A stretch of 42,891 nt of DNA, taken from a virus. Lineage: Duplodnaviria; Caudoviricetes. Under the pieces are notes generated by a model. That model did not search any database. It was given only the letters and a program-made list of their open reading frames with translations, and was not told where the DNA came from. Made by a program: the position numbers and the translations under genes. The stretch covers positions 1 through 42,891 of IMG/VR virus record IMGVR_UViG_3300020120_000058; one strand, 5' to 3'. Below are positions 33,678-42,891 of this stretch, piece by piece (position 1 is the stretch's first letter; the number at the start of each line of letters is the position of its first letter).

Positions 33678-35453
33678 ATGGCCATCAACACGCCTTTCGG
33701 ACCCGGAACCAGCTACCCGTGGGAGAACCAGCCCGCGCCAACGGCTGCGCCAGCCACGGCGCCGACCAACGCGCCGCCGACCAGGACGACGACCACTCCG
33801 GGCAGCATCGTCCAGCCAGACATCAACTCGATCCAGATCGACCCGACCACGCTCCAGAACCTGCTGGCCCAGGCCAATCGTGCTGGCTGGACGACCTCGG
33901 GCCAGGCCACGCCCGAGTTTCAGGTCACCAACGATCCCGTGGCTGGCCCCCAGGTGGTCGTCAAGGCGTGGCACCTCAACGTCAACGACGGCAAGGGCAA
34001 CAACCAGGACATCGAACTCAACTACGCCCCGAGTTCGCCTGGCAAGGGCGCCCAGTGGACGGTCAGCAAGGCGCCGCCCGAGCTACCCAAGGTGCCGGCT
34101 GGCACCCAGCCGAAGACGCCCAACGAGGAAACCACGGTCATCGGCGGTGTGCTCTACGGCCCGGATCCGAACAACCCCAACGGCCCGTTCATCGCCCGTG
34201 CGATCGATCAGAACGCCCAGGCCAAGGCCCAGGCGGATGCCGCTCAATCGCTGGCCCAAGCTGGGCTGAACACCGCCCAGGCCCAGGCCTTGATGGCCAA
34301 GACGCCGGCCGAGATCGCCGCGCAGCTGGCGACGACCAACCTGACCGCTGCCCAGCAGCAGCAGGTGCTGAACAACATCAAGATTGCCAACGCCAAGCTG
34401 GAGACGGACATCGCCGCGACGACGGCTCAGGCGAACCAGGCCAACGCCCAGGCCACCCAGCTGGGCGCCGCGACGGACATCGCCAAGCAGAAGGCGCCTG
34501 GCGAGATGCGGCTCACCGACGCCCAGACGGTGGAAGCCCTCAAGCGGGCCGGCGTCAGCGATGCTTCGATCCAGCAGACCCTGCAACAGATCCACCAGGG
34601 TCAGGCGCCGACGACCGAACAGCCGCAGCAGGGGCTGTACATCTACCAGCGGGACCCGAACACGGGGCAGATGTCGCCCCAGATCAACGAGAACTTCATC
34701 CCCAAGACCCAGGCCGACGTCGCGGCGCGGGTCGGCCAACTGCAGCAGGAGGCGACGGCCAAGCGGGACCAGCTGCAGAGCCAGATCAGCCCGACGTACA
34801 CCGCCCAGCAGGCCGCCGCCGACTTCGACAAGTGGTGGACGTCCACCGTCGAGCCCCAGAAGACGACCCTGGCAGCTGCCCAGACCCAGGTCGGCCAGGA
34901 GCAACAGCGGCTCCAGGAGGAGCAGGCCAGGGCCAACTACGCCACCGCTCAGACGGCTGGCCAGACCGCAGTGGACGCCCAGAAGGCGATGCTGCCGTAC
35001 GCCGTCGGGCCAGGCTTCGGGGGCGCGGTCAACCAGCTGCTCGGCCAGTGGAAGAACCCCTCGAACAACCAGCCGGACATCGACTACTCGAAGGCGTTCA
35101 CCTTCAAAGCACCAGACTTCAACCAGATCAGCCAGCAGGCCACGGCGCAGGCCCTGGCGCACATCTCGCCGACGGCGGCTGGTATCGCCGGCACTGGCCA
35201 GCCGCAGTTGCCCCAGCAGGCCCAGGGCATGGACATCGGCCAGATGCTGCAGGCCTCGGCCTACCGTCCGATGGGTGGCATGCCGCCGCCCGGCCCGCCT
35301 CAACAGCCGATGCAACCGCAGCCTCAAATGCAGCAGCCAGGCACCTACGGCGCCTTCAGCGGCTCGATGCCGGCCCTGGTCAACCCGTACCAGGCCCAGC
35401 TAGCCGGGGCCGGCGTCCCCGGGGCCGCCTGGCCCAACTACGTCCCGTCCTGA
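33678..35453 (+). CDS. Gln/Ala-rich ejection-like virion protein (591 aa)
   Basis: GGAGGT RBS; long A/Q coiled-coil segments. Confidence 0.65.
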   Translation: MAINTPFGPGTSYPWENQPAPTAAPATAPTNAPPTRTTTTPGSIVQPDINSIQIDPTTLQNLLAQANRAGWTTSGQATPEFQVTNDPVAGPQVVVKAWHLNVNDGKGNNQDIELNYAPSSPGKGAQWTVSKAPPELPKVPAGTQPKTPNEETTVIGGVLYGPDPNNPNGPFIARAIDQNAQAKAQADAAQSLAQAGLNTAQAQALMAKTPAEIAAQLATTNLTAAQQQQVLNNIKIANAKLETDIAATTAQANQANAQATQLGAATDIAKQKAPGEMRLTDAQTVEALKRAGVSDASIQQTLQQIHQGQAPTTEQPQQGLYIYQRDPNTGQMSPQINENFIPKTQADVAARVGQLQQEATAKRDQLQSQISPTYTAQQAAADFDKWWTSTVEPQKTTLAAAQTQVGQEQQRLQEEQARANYATAQTAGQTAVDAQKAMLPYAVGPGFGGAVNQLLGQWKNPSNNQPDIDYSKAFTFKAPDFNQISQQATAQALAHISPTAAGIAGTGQPQLPQQAQGMDIGQMLQASAYRPMGGMPPPGPPQQPMQPQPQMQQPGTYGAFSGSMPALVNPYQAQLAGAGVPGAAWPNYVPS

Positions 35454-35480
35454 TTGCAACCGCCATAGACAGGAATTACG

Positions 35481-36218
35481 ATGCAGCCACAAGAACCCCC
35501 TTCGAGCGAACAGCCGACGCAGGATGCCCAGGCGTCCGCAGCGTCTTCTGAGCCAACCGAAGCGACCCCCGCGCAGTCTTGGCAGCGAGGCCTTCTGGGC
35601 CGTCTCTTCCGAAACCGACCGGCGGCCGACGAGGCGAGCCAGGAGGCGCCAGCCGACGAGCAACCGTCCGCAATCAGCCTGACGCAGGAGGAGTTAGACC
35701 GCCGTATCCAGGCCGAAACGGATCGACGTGAGGCCAAGCGGGCCGCGCAAGCCCTCGCCGAACGCAAGCGCAAGCTGCGCGACGAGGACCCCTGGGCATT
35801 CGCCGAGGAGGAGCGCACCGCCGAGCAGGCCCAGCAAGTCAACGCCCAGGTCGGCAACCTGTTTGGTCAGGTTGGCGCCGAGCATGACAAGTACACGATC
35901 GACCCGCTCGTCCAGGCCCTCCCCGAAGCTGAGCGCAAGCGCATCTTGGCTATGGAGGGCGCGGGGGTCGCGCTCGACGGGCGCAAGCTGATCGTCACCG
36001 AGGGGCTCAAAGCCCTTGAACGAGTCTGGAAGGCCGAGGGAGCCAAGGACGCCGAAACCAAGCTGCGTCGCAACCCGGCCTTCCGCAAACAGGTCCTCGC
36101 AGAAATGCGCGGGATCACCCGTGAACCCGAGTTCCTGCCCAGCGGGGCAGCCTCCGAGGCGGATAAGACCGTCTCGCAGATCCTGCGCGGGCAGCTGGGG
36201 TCACGGCGGGGAATCTAA
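35481..36218 (+). CDS. Capsid scaffolding protein (245 aa)
   Basis: Acidic N-terminus and LTQEELDRRIQAETDRRE coiled coil; upstream of the capsid gene. Confidence 0.75.
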   Translation: MQPQEPPSSEQPTQDAQASAASSEPTEATPAQSWQRGLLGRLFRNRPAADEASQEAPADEQPSAISLTQEELDRRIQAETDRREAKRAAQALAERKRKLRDEDPWAFAEEERTAEQAQQVNAQVGNLFGQVGAEHDKYTIDPLVQALPEAERKRILAMEGAGVALDGRKLIVTEGLKALERVWKAEGAKDAETKLRRNPAFRKQVLAEMRGITREPEFLPSGAASEADKTVSQILRGQLGSRRGI

Positions 36219-36291
36219 ATTCAGGTCGCGCCTGAGGCGCCACTCACTTCCGCTCAAGCGATGATGGCCGACCCCCAATCGGGGGAAGTTC

Positions 36292-36666
36292 GTGCCACAA
36301 GACAAGCACAGCACATGCGAGTGCTGGCGACCCATTACAGGCTGGGCAAACCTGTACGAGATTTCGTGTCAGGGTCGCCTGTTCAGCCGTAGATCGAAAC
36401 GCATCCTCAAGGCCACGCCTGTAGGAGCCGGCTACCCAAGCCTGCGCCTCTGCGATAGCCCGCGCCGCGACCAAGCGTACTTACACCACCTGGTCGCCGA
36501 GGCGTTCCTCGATCCCCAGCCGGAAGGCTGCGAGCCGAACCATCGCAATGGGCAGAAAGCTGATAACCGCGCCGCGAACCTCGAATGGCTGACGCATAGC
36601 CAGAACCTGAAGCACGCCTGGAGTACGGGCCTGTACAGGACGCGAGCGCAAGAAGGTCAAGGGTAG
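36292..36666 (+). CDS. NUMOD4-HNH homing endonuclease (124 aa)
   Basis: WRPITGWANLYEISCQGRL (NUMOD4); HHLVAEAF..NHRNGQKADNRAANLEWLTHSQNLKHA (HNH). Confidence 0.92.
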   Translation: MPQDKHSTCECWRPITGWANLYEISCQGRLFSRRSKRILKATPVGAGYPSLRLCDSPRRDQAYLHHLVAEAFLDPQPEGCEPNHRNGQKADNRAANLEWLTHSQNLKHAWSTGLYRTRAQEGQG

Positions 36667-36670
36667 AGCC

Positions 36671-37684
36671 ATTCCGTACAACTCCGTTGCCGGCAGGGCC
36701 ACGCCAGGTACTGGCCCACTTATTCCTGAAGACGTCCAGAAGGACATCGTCCAGTCCGTCGAAGAGAAGTCGGCGGCGATGCGGCTGATGCCGCATGTGA
36801 CGATGAAACGCGCCCAGCAGCGCATTCCGGTTCTGACCCAGCTGCCGATTGCTTACTGGCTGACCGGTGCCTCGCTGGATGCCCGAGACAAGGGCATGAA
36901 GCAGACCACCTCGGTGGCCTGGGACAACGTGTACCTGAACGCCGAGGAGATGGCCGTTATCGTGCCGATCGCCAAGGCCTTGCTGGACGACATCGACTAC
37001 GACTTCTGGAGCCAGGTCAAGCCCAAGATCACCGAGGCCTTCGGCGTCGCCCTGGACGAGGCAGTGTTCTTCGGCAACGGTGCGCCGTCGACCTTCCCGC
37101 CGTCGATCGTCACCGCCGCCAACTCGGCGGGCAACCTGCTTGTAGTTGGCGCCACGGCTGGCCAGGACTTCCTGGGCGACGTGAACGCGGGCATGGGCCT
37201 GGTGGAGGCCGACGGCTACGACGTCAGCGGCTTCTGGGCCCGCAAGCAGGTGAAGTCGAAGATTCGCGGCATGCGCACCACCACGGGTGGCTTCATCCTG
37301 CTGGGTGACGACACCGGGCCGCAGCAGTCCTCGAACACGGGCACCCTGTACGGCGAGCCGATCATCTTCTCAAACGCTGGCATGACCGAGTTTGGGACCG
37401 GCGCCACGGGCTACTCGATGATCGGTGGCGAGTGGGACCAGTCGATGCTGGCTATCCGCGAGGACATCACCATGGAGATGTTCGACACGGGCGTGATCAC
37501 CGACAACGGTTCGCCGCCCGTGATCATCTTCAACCTGCTCCAGCAGGACATGGTCGCCCTGCGCGTCATCGCCCGCTTTGCCTGGGCCGTGCCGAACCCT
37601 GTCAACCGTCAACAGCCGACAGCTGCCAGCCGCTACCCCTTCTTCGCACTCCAACAGAAGGCGAGCACCGGCGGCGAGGGCTGA
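36671..37684 (+). CDS. Major capsid protein, HK97 fold (337 aa if started at ATT 36671; first ATG is 36779)
   Basis: (I)PYNS..GPLIPEDVQKDIVQ, EEMAVIVPI, ALDEAVFFGNG, LYGEPI and NLLQQDMVALRV motifs. Confidence 0.9.
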   Translation: MPYNSVAGRATPGTGPLIPEDVQKDIVQSVEEKSAAMRLMPHVTMKRAQQRIPVLTQLPIAYWLTGASLDARDKGMKQTTSVAWDNVYLNAEEMAVIVPIAKALLDDIDYDFWSQVKPKITEAFGVALDEAVFFGNGAPSTFPPSIVTAANSAGNLLVVGATAGQDFLGDVNAGMGLVEADGYDVSGFWARKQVKSKIRGMRTTTGGFILLGDDTGPQQSSNTGTLYGEPIIFSNAGMTEFGTGATGYSMIGGEWDQSMLAIREDITMEMFDTGVITDNGSPPVIIFNLLQQDMVALRVIARFAWAVPNPVNRQQPTAASRYPFFALQQKASTGGEG

Positions 37685-37685
37685 C

Positions 37686-38099
37686 GTGTCCGACATCGTG
37701 TTCCTGGCGCAGACCCAGGACCCCGTGACGGCAACGACCTACTACGGGACGGGGCATCAGATGACCATGACCGACGAGGCCGCAGTCTTCAACCTGCTGC
37801 GCCTCGGCAAGGTCGCCCTGATCGGCGCCCGCATTCGCCAGCCGCGCGTGGTGTCGAAGACGGCGACCACGGCGCAGCTGGCGTTCACCGTCGACCAGCC
37901 GTGTACGGCCATGGCCGCCAACTACGGCACCACCACGGCGTACGGCTCGAACCAGGCCGCCACGCCGGCCTCGGGCAGCGGCGACGTGGTGGTCAACCTG
38001 GCAGGCCTGACCACGGCGACGACCTACCACTACCGCATCACGGTCACCTGCAACGGCGGCGTCACGATGACCGCCGATGCGACCTTCGTCACCGCATAG
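37686..38099 (+). CDS. Fibronectin-III-like virion decoration protein (137 aa)
   Basis: TATTAQLAF...YGTTTAYG...LAGLTTATTYHYRITV FN3 pattern; GAGGG RBS. Confidence 0.7.
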   Translation: MSDIVFLAQTQDPVTATTYYGTGHQMTMTDEAAVFNLLRLGKVALIGARIRQPRVVSKTATTAQLAFTVDQPCTAMAANYGTTTAYGSNQAATPASGSGDVVVNLAGLTTATTYHYRITVTCNGGVTMTADATFVTA

Positions 38100-38108
38100 G
38101 AGACGCGC

Positions 38109-38282
38109 ATGCCAGGAGGACGCCCATACAAGAGGCCCGTGTCAAAGGCGCAGGCCCGCTTCTTCGGCGCCGCAGCCGGGGGCCAGGTCCCCGGCTTCGA
38201 CCCGAAGGAGGCCCAGAACAAGCTCCGTGGTGTCAACGAGAAGAAGCTACCCAAGACCAGCAAAGGGAAGGGGAAGAAGTAA
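38109..38282 (+). CDS. Small basic protein (57 aa)
   Basis: AGGAG RBS; MPGGRPYKRPVSKAQARFFGAA...LPKTSKGKGKK. Confidence 0.65.
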   Translation: MPGGRPYKRPVSKAQARFFGAAAGGQVPGFDPKEAQNKLRGVNEKKLPKTSKGKGKK

Positions 38283-38569
38283 TGCCCAAGGTCAGGGCAC
38301 TGGTGCCGCTCCAGGAAGACGAAGGACCGGTCGGTGTCGGTGAGGTGTTCGAGACGAGCGACGAGCAGGCAGCTGCGCTGCGCGCCCAGGGCAAGGTCAG
38401 CCTGGTCGCCGACGAGGAGGCCGCCGAGAAGGCTGCCAACCAGGGGGTGTACGACGCCGTGACGGGGCGTGACGACGTGGCCGGACCGCCGAGCGGACCG
38501 CTACCAGGCCCGCAGGCCGACGACGAGGACGACGACGACAAGCCGCCGTCCAAGAAGGGGAAGAAGTAA
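38282..38569 (+). CDS. Small head-associated protein (95 aa)
   Basis: TAATG coupling; MPKVRAL...GEVFETSDEQAAALRAQGKV. Confidence 0.65.
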   Translation: MPKVRALVPLQEDEGPVGVGEVFETSDEQAAALRAQGKVSLVADEEAAEKAANQGVYDAVTGRDDVAGPPSGPLPGPQADDEDDDDKPPSKKGKK

Positions 38570-38787
38570 TGGCCAGGTGCCGCTTCCTCGCAGCTGCTGG
38601 CGATCCACGCCCAGGCCAGGAAGGCATCGTCTACGGGCCTGGGCATGAGACGGACTTTGACGAGACGGACTACGAGTACATGATGGCGCTGCGGGTCAGG
38701 GGCATGGTTGAGATCATCGACGCCACAGGGCTGCCAGTCGCCAACATCGGTTCGTCCAACCCGGAGCCGTTCCTTCCAGCGGCGTGA
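38569..38787 (+). CDS. Hypothetical protein (72 aa)
   Basis: TAATG coupling; GC3 bias. Confidence 0.6.
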   Translation: MARCRFLAAAGDPRPGQEGIVYGPGHETDFDETDYEYMMALRVRGMVEIIDATGLPVANIGSSNPEPFLPAA

Positions 38788-39662
38788 GCATCACCTACGC
38801 CCAGCTGCAGCAGGCCGTCGCGCGGCGTACGGGGCCGTTCTTTCAGGCCGCCCAGGACTCCACCACGCCGACGACCTCGACGGCCACCTCGGCGATCATG
38901 CCGACGCTCAAGTCGTCAGCCATCCTCGGCGGCCCCGAGAACCTGTTCCTGGTGCGCCGCGCCGCGACCAATCCCAACGACCGTGTGCGCGGTGTGCTGA
39001 GCTTCGACTCGGCGACCGGGCGCGTGATCGTGGACGCCAACTGGGGCACGCCGATGGCGCCGTCGGAACAGGCCGACTTCGTCCATCTGCACCCCGAGCA
39101 GGAACTCAAGCCTGCCGTCATGGCGGGTCTGGCGCGGTGCTTCTTCGCGGACACCGTCGGCATCGACCCAACTGGCCCCTACGGGGGGATTGATGTGACC
39201 GCCCAGCTGCCCTGGGTGACCGGCCCCTGGCAGATCGCCCGCGTCCAGTACGGCTGGACGGCGCCCGAAGGTGATGCCCCCTTCGAGGCGACCCAGCAGG
39301 GCGGCCACGTCATCCTGAGCGGAATGTTTGGCGCCATGGCGCCGATCAGCTGCTGGCTGACCGCCTGGCATCCCCACTCGGCCTGGGTCAACGGCGCCGA
39401 CTCGACCACGGGGCCGAGTGTCGACACTGACACCCTGGACGTCGACCTCCACTACGCCGCCGCAGCTGGCCACATCGAGGCCTGGCACCTGTTCCCCAGC
39501 CACATGCAGGCAGCTGCCGCTGGTGGCTTCCAGGCCAGCCAGGCCATGGCCGCCCAGGAGTTCACCCGTCAGGCCCTGATCTGGGGGCCGAAGCGACCCG
39601 ACAAGGTGCGCCATAACGAGGTCTTCCGCGTGGCGCGGGATGCGACGTGGATCAATGCCTAG
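38784..39662 (+). CDS. Probable head-tail adaptor (292 aa)
   Basis: N-terminal ITYAQLQQAVARR helix; position after the head genes. Confidence 0.55.
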   Translation: MSITYAQLQQAVARRTGPFFQAAQDSTTPTTSTATSAIMPTLKSSAILGGPENLFLVRRAATNPNDRVRGVLSFDSATGRVIVDANWGTPMAPSEQADFVHLHPEQELKPAVMAGLARCFFADTVGIDPTGPYGGIDVTAQLPWVTGPWQIARVQYGWTAPEGDAPFEATQQGGHVILSGMFGAMAPISCWLTAWHPHSAWVNGADSTTGPSVDTDTLDVDLHYAAAAGHIEAWHLFPSHMQAAAAGGFQASQAMAAQEFTRQALIWGPKRPDKVRHNEVFRVARDATWINA

Positions 39663-41454
39663 CAGGCGCGGCGCGCTCCTCGATCCGGCTCGCATCAATC
39701 AGAACCTGACCCCGGGCTACCCCGAGCCGCCGTACTGGTCGCAGGGACCAGCTGGCCCGCCTGGTCCACCAGGACCAATGGGACCCCAAGGGCCTATCGG
39801 TCCCATCGGGCCTCAGGGACCGCAAGGACCAATCGGGCTGACCGGCCCTGGCTGGAAGGTCTACCAACGCAACCCCGCAGGCGGCGAGGTGACCGGCGAT
39901 ATCGTTGGCACGCTGTGGTTTAACTCGGTCACAGGCCAGTTCTTCCGCCTGGACTCCACCAGTCCGGTCTACACGTGGACCTCGATGGGCTACGTGGTCG
40001 GACAGCAAGGTCCGGTCGGTCCCCAGGGGCCGCAGGGTCCAATTGGACCGACGGGACTCACCGGTCCGGCCGGCGCGCAGGGACCACAGGGCGCCACGGG
40101 GCCGGCTGGAGCACAGGGTCCACAAGGGCTAACCGGTCCGCCAGGTGCGCAGGGGCCTGTCGGTCCGGCTGGTCCTCAGGGCGCGACTGGGCCAGCCGGT
40201 TCGGTCAGTGCCGTTCCGGACGGCACGTTGCCCGCGCCTGGCCTGGCGTTCGCCAGCGATGCCAGCCTGGGCCTGTACAAGCCCTCGCTCAAGACGCTTG
40301 GCATCGCCTCGAACGGCGTGTCAGCGATGACGCTGTCGGACACTCAGGTACAGATCAACCCCGCCCTGGCGGTCATCGGCAACGCCACTTTCAGCAACAA
40401 CCTGGGCGTGAGCGGCACCGAGACGACGGCGCTGATGGTCAACAACAACGGGGCGACGTTCAACAGCAGCGTTGCCCTGGGCACCACTGGCGGCGTGCGA
40501 GCAGTTGGCGGCGGTATGGGGCTGTATGCACCGACTCCATCGACGCTGGCCTGGCTGATCAACGGCTCGGGGTCGTTCCTGGCGGCTACTGACAACACTC
40601 AGGACATCGGTGCGAGCGGCGCGAATCGGCCGCGTGACCTGTTCGTCGCTCGTAATGCGACCGTGGATACCTCGCTCACCATCACGAACAACATGGTCAT
40701 TGGCGCGGCTTCCACGATGGCATATGTTCGTGGCGCATCGTTCGGGGCGATGTACTTCGGTGGCTCCAACACTGACCGCTGGCTCATCAGCAACAGCGGG
40801 CACTTTGTTGCTGCGACCGACAACACCTACGACATTGGCGCTTCGGGGGCGACCAGACCGCGCAACCTGTACGTGGCGAACCTGGCGGATGCGGGCGGCC
40901 TGCGCGCCAGCGGCAATAGTGTCGCTGCGGCGAGTGGTGCAGGCATCGAGGCCTTCTACAACACCGCGAGTGGGATCGGGACGCTCACGGCTTTCGACCG
41001 CAGTCTTGGGGTCTACAAAGCCCTCAACATCACCGCAACAACCGTCACACTGACTGCGACTGCCGGTGCCGTAGTCGCCAACCTGGCGCGTCTTTCGGCG
41101 CAGGGTTCGCGCATCACCGGGGCTGCGGGAGGCGTAAATACGCTCGTCGTTGACTGCCCGAGTCTGACCGTCGGCGTATGGCTCGTCTGGTGGGTTGGCA
41201 TGTCGCTTAACAGAGGCGCCTCGAACGACAACTTCGTGTGGATGCTGTGCAATCAGGCTGGCCCTGCTGGCGGCGGCGTCCTTGAGCAGATGTACGGCAC
41301 GTACACCATCAACCTGTGGAATAGCACCTCCGGGGTCCACGTACTCGACAACTCCGGCGGCGCCTCCACCCGTCTCCAGTTGTGGATGACCGGCTCGATG
41401 CTGTGTGACATCGCCGGAGACTTCTCACGCATTCATGCACTAAGGATTGCCTAG
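39655..41454 (+). CDS. Collagen-repeat tail fibre (599 aa)
   Basis: Two Gly-X-Y tracts (about 39745-39850 and 40009-40200), [14 protein letters not shown], and a duplicated TDNTxDIGASGAxRPR module. Confidence 0.85.
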   Translation: MPSRRGALLDPARINQNLTPGYPEPPYWSQGPAGPPGPPGPMGPQGPIGPIGPQGPQGPIGLTGPGWKVYQRNPAGGEVTGDIVGTLWFNSVTGQFFRLDSTSPVYTWTSMGYVVGQQGPVGPQGPQGPIGPTGLTGPAGAQGPQGATGPAGAQGPQGLTGPPGAQGPVGPAGPQGATGPAGSVSAVPDGTLPAPGLAFASDASLGLYKPSLKTLGIASNGVSAMTLSDTQVQINPALAVIGNATFSNNLGVSGTETTALMVNNNGATFNSSVALGTTGGVRAVGGGMGLYAPTPSTLAWLINGSGSFLAATDNTQDIGASGANRPRDLFVARNATVDTSLTITNNMVIGAASTMAYVRGASFGAMYFGGSNTDRWLISNSGHFVAATDNTYDIGASGATRPRNLYVANLADAGGLRASGNSVAAASGAGIEAFYNTASGIGTLTAFDRSLGVYKALNITATTVTLTATAGAVVANLARLSAQGSRITGAAGGVNTLVVDCPSLTVGVWLVWWVGMSLNRGASNDNFVWMLCNQAGPAGGGVLEQMYGTYTINLWNSTSGVHVLDNSGGASTRLQLWMTGSMLCDIAGDFSRIHALRIA

Positions 41455-41458
41455 CCCT

Positions 41459-41737
41459 ATGACCATGCCCACCACTCCGCCAATCACCGTCGGTCTGGCC
41501 CCCGCCTCGGCCTACGAGGTCAACAGTCAGGTGGGCCTCCATCTGCGCGACTTCACCACGATCAAGGAGCGCATCCATCACGATCAGGAGTTTCTGGTGG
41601 CCACTGATCTGATGGCCGAACCGTATTTCTTCACCGAGGACCAGGCCACGCTCCTGAAGAGTGCCGTCAGCGGCCTGGACACCGCCCTGCAAGCCGTGGA
41701 CATGACCTTCATTGACCGCCTGACGGGGTTGTTCTGA
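41459..41737 (+). CDS. Hypothetical protein (92 aa)
   Basis: Coding bias; TGATG coupling to the next gene. Confidence 0.6.
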   Translation: MTMPTTPPITVGLAPASAYEVNSQVGLHLRDFTTIKERIHHDQEFLVATDLMAEPYFFTEDQATLLKSAVSGLDTALQAVDMTFIDRLTGLF

Positions 41738-41910
41738 TGCCCGATCCGTACAACCAGGCCGACCTCATCCAGATCATCGGCCAGGCCAGCGTGGAGCTTG
41801 CCTACCTGCGGAGCCAGATCGTCCAGCTGCAGGCGCGCGTGGCCGAGCTTGAGGCGGCCCCAGCCAACGGGGTGGTCCATCCGCCCGTCGAGGTGGTGAC
41901 TCCCGCGTGA
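41737..41910 (+). CDS. Small coiled-coil protein (57 aa)
   Basis: IIGQASVELAYLRSQIVQLQARVAELE; overlaps neighbours at both ends. Confidence 0.6.
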   Translation: MPDPYNQADLIQIIGQASVELAYLRSQIVQLQARVAELEAAPANGVVHPPVEVVTPA

Positions 41911-42891
41911 GCATCCTGTCGAGCCGCCGCCGCCCGTGGCCATACCAGGTACGCCTGGGGTCGATCCTGGCCGATCCGAGTGCGCGCATGGGCCTGATGC
42001 TGGTCGCCGACGCCAACGGCCTGATGGTCGGCAAGAAGCAGCAGGCCCTGGACGGCGTGGTGCCCAGCGTCCAGGAGTACGGTTCGGCGCCGATCTACCG
42101 CGAGCGTACCTTCGCTGCCAAGCCCACCGGCGGCTACGGCGAGCGGGTCCAGTCCAGTTTCAGCGACCCCAGGTACTACTGGGGCGAGGACATCCAGGTC
42201 GACGGCGGCCTGGTCGGCAAAGGGCCGCTGCTGCACCCGATCATGCCCAGCCCGGCGCCGACGTTCCAGGTCTACAAGATCCTCGACGGCTACGACACCG
42301 CCGGCATGGTGCTGACCCAGTTCATCTGTTCGGGGACCAAGGTCTACAAGCGCGCCGGCGACGCGAACGCCAGCCAGACGGTGGATCGGGACTTCAGCCC
42401 GAACGTCGCCGTGGATGCCGTGGTGTATCAGGGCGGCTTTTCGGGCGCCACCAAGAGCCTGTACATCACCACCAATGGCGGCACCCTGTGGGAGCGTACG
42501 CCGTCCGGCACGTGGACCCAGGCGACCCTGCCGAGTGGGTTCAACACGTACCGCCTGGAGGTGGTCGGCACCGAGCTATGGGCGGCCGACGTAGCGGCGA
42601 GCGTCATCCGCAAGGTCACCTCGGACCCCAAGGTCGCCGGCAACTGGGGTGGGCCAATCCTGGTCGGCGACCCGAGCGTGCGCATCAGTGCTCTGCGTCA
42701 GACGTCCAACGTCCTGTGCATCTTCAAAGAGGACGGGACGGTTTACACACTCAACAGTGACGCAAGTACTAACGACCTGTTTCCTGGCATCGCCTCCACG
42801 CCGAGCGTTGACAACGGCTGGCGCGCAGCTGCCTGGCTGAACGCCTTATGGTTCCGAGCCGGCAACGGCTTCTACCGCCTGGACATGCCTG
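41907..42891 (+). CDS. N-terminal part of the ~681-aa tail nozzle-like protein continuing at 1-1188
   Basis: GTG at 41907 (GTGA overlap); frame is open to the window end and matches base 1 via the overlap. Confidence 0.75.
   Translation, partial: MSILSSRRRPWPYQVRLGSILADPSARMGLMLVADANGLMVGKKQQALDGVVPSVQEYGSAPIYRERTFAAKPTGGYGERVQSSFSDPRYYWGEDIQVDGGLVGKGPLLHPIMPSPAPTFQVYKILDGYDTAGMVLTQFICSGTKVYKRAGDANASQTVDRDFSPNVAVDAVVYQGGFSGATKSLYITTNGGTLWERTPSGTWTQATLPSGFNTYRLEVVGTELWAADVAASVIRKVTSDPKVAGNWGGPILVGDPSVRISALRQTSNVLCIFKEDGTVYTLNSDASTNDLFPGIASTPSVDNGWRAAAWLNALWFRAGNGFYRLDMP
42765..42891. repeat. Second copy of the 127-bp terminal overlap
   Basis: Identical to 1-127. Confidence 0.97.

Noticed and set aside
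36219-36670. Group I intron carrying the HNH
   Set aside because: No recognisable P7 core, only 4 nt between the HNH stop and the capsid sequence, and I found no U|...G| splice pair restoring the frame.
37670-37700. Frameshift extension of the capsid into the FN3 gene
   Set aside because: GGC-TGA offers no re-pairing in the +1 frame, and the downstream GTG has its own GAGGG RBS.
39745-40200. Periodic repeats as a CRISPR array or non-coding tandem repeat
   Set aside because: They are 9-bp Gly-X-Y collagen codons. No repeat-spacer array was seen anywhere in the window.
1-42891. Reverse transcriptase/DGR, tRNA genes, DNA polymerase, methyltransferase
   Set aside because: No diagnostic motifs or cloverleaf found by eye; tRNAscan-SE and HMM searches would be needed to exclude them formally.

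Overview
This window is a complete, circularly assembled temperate tailed-phage genome of about 42,764 bp. Bases 1-127 are repeated exactly at 42765-42891, and one tail gene reads through that junction. The DNA is high-GC. No spanins are recognisable, so a monoderm host such as Chloroflexota or Actinomycetota is inferred. Modules: (1) podovirus-like morphogenesis (terS, terL, portal, three large ejection-type proteins including a 2569-aa multidomain protein, scaffold, NUMOD4-HNH, HK97-fold capsid, adaptor, collagen fibre, nozzle-like protein, further fibres); (2) lysis (C39-like peptidase, holin-like protein); (3) lysogeny (tyrosine integrase, XRE repressor, Xis-like HTH); (4) replication/recombination (RecT-like, VRR-NUC, ParB-N, RecA-fold helicase, iteron-like cluster); (5) two leftward accessory operons. 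Signals that ordinary gene calls do not explain: an intact type II hammerhead ribozyme inside one leftward operon; a TGT/DpdA-fold gene in the same operon bracketed by a 31-bp direct repeat encoding a Cas3/Lhr-like Walker A peptide (TGSGKTEAAI); a probable +1 frameshift (CCC-TTT-C) assembling the lysis peptidase; a capsid gene that appears to start at ATT behind an HNH gene; and an overprinted +1-frame ORF inside the giant ejection gene. All product calls come from motif recognition by eye, not from database searches.
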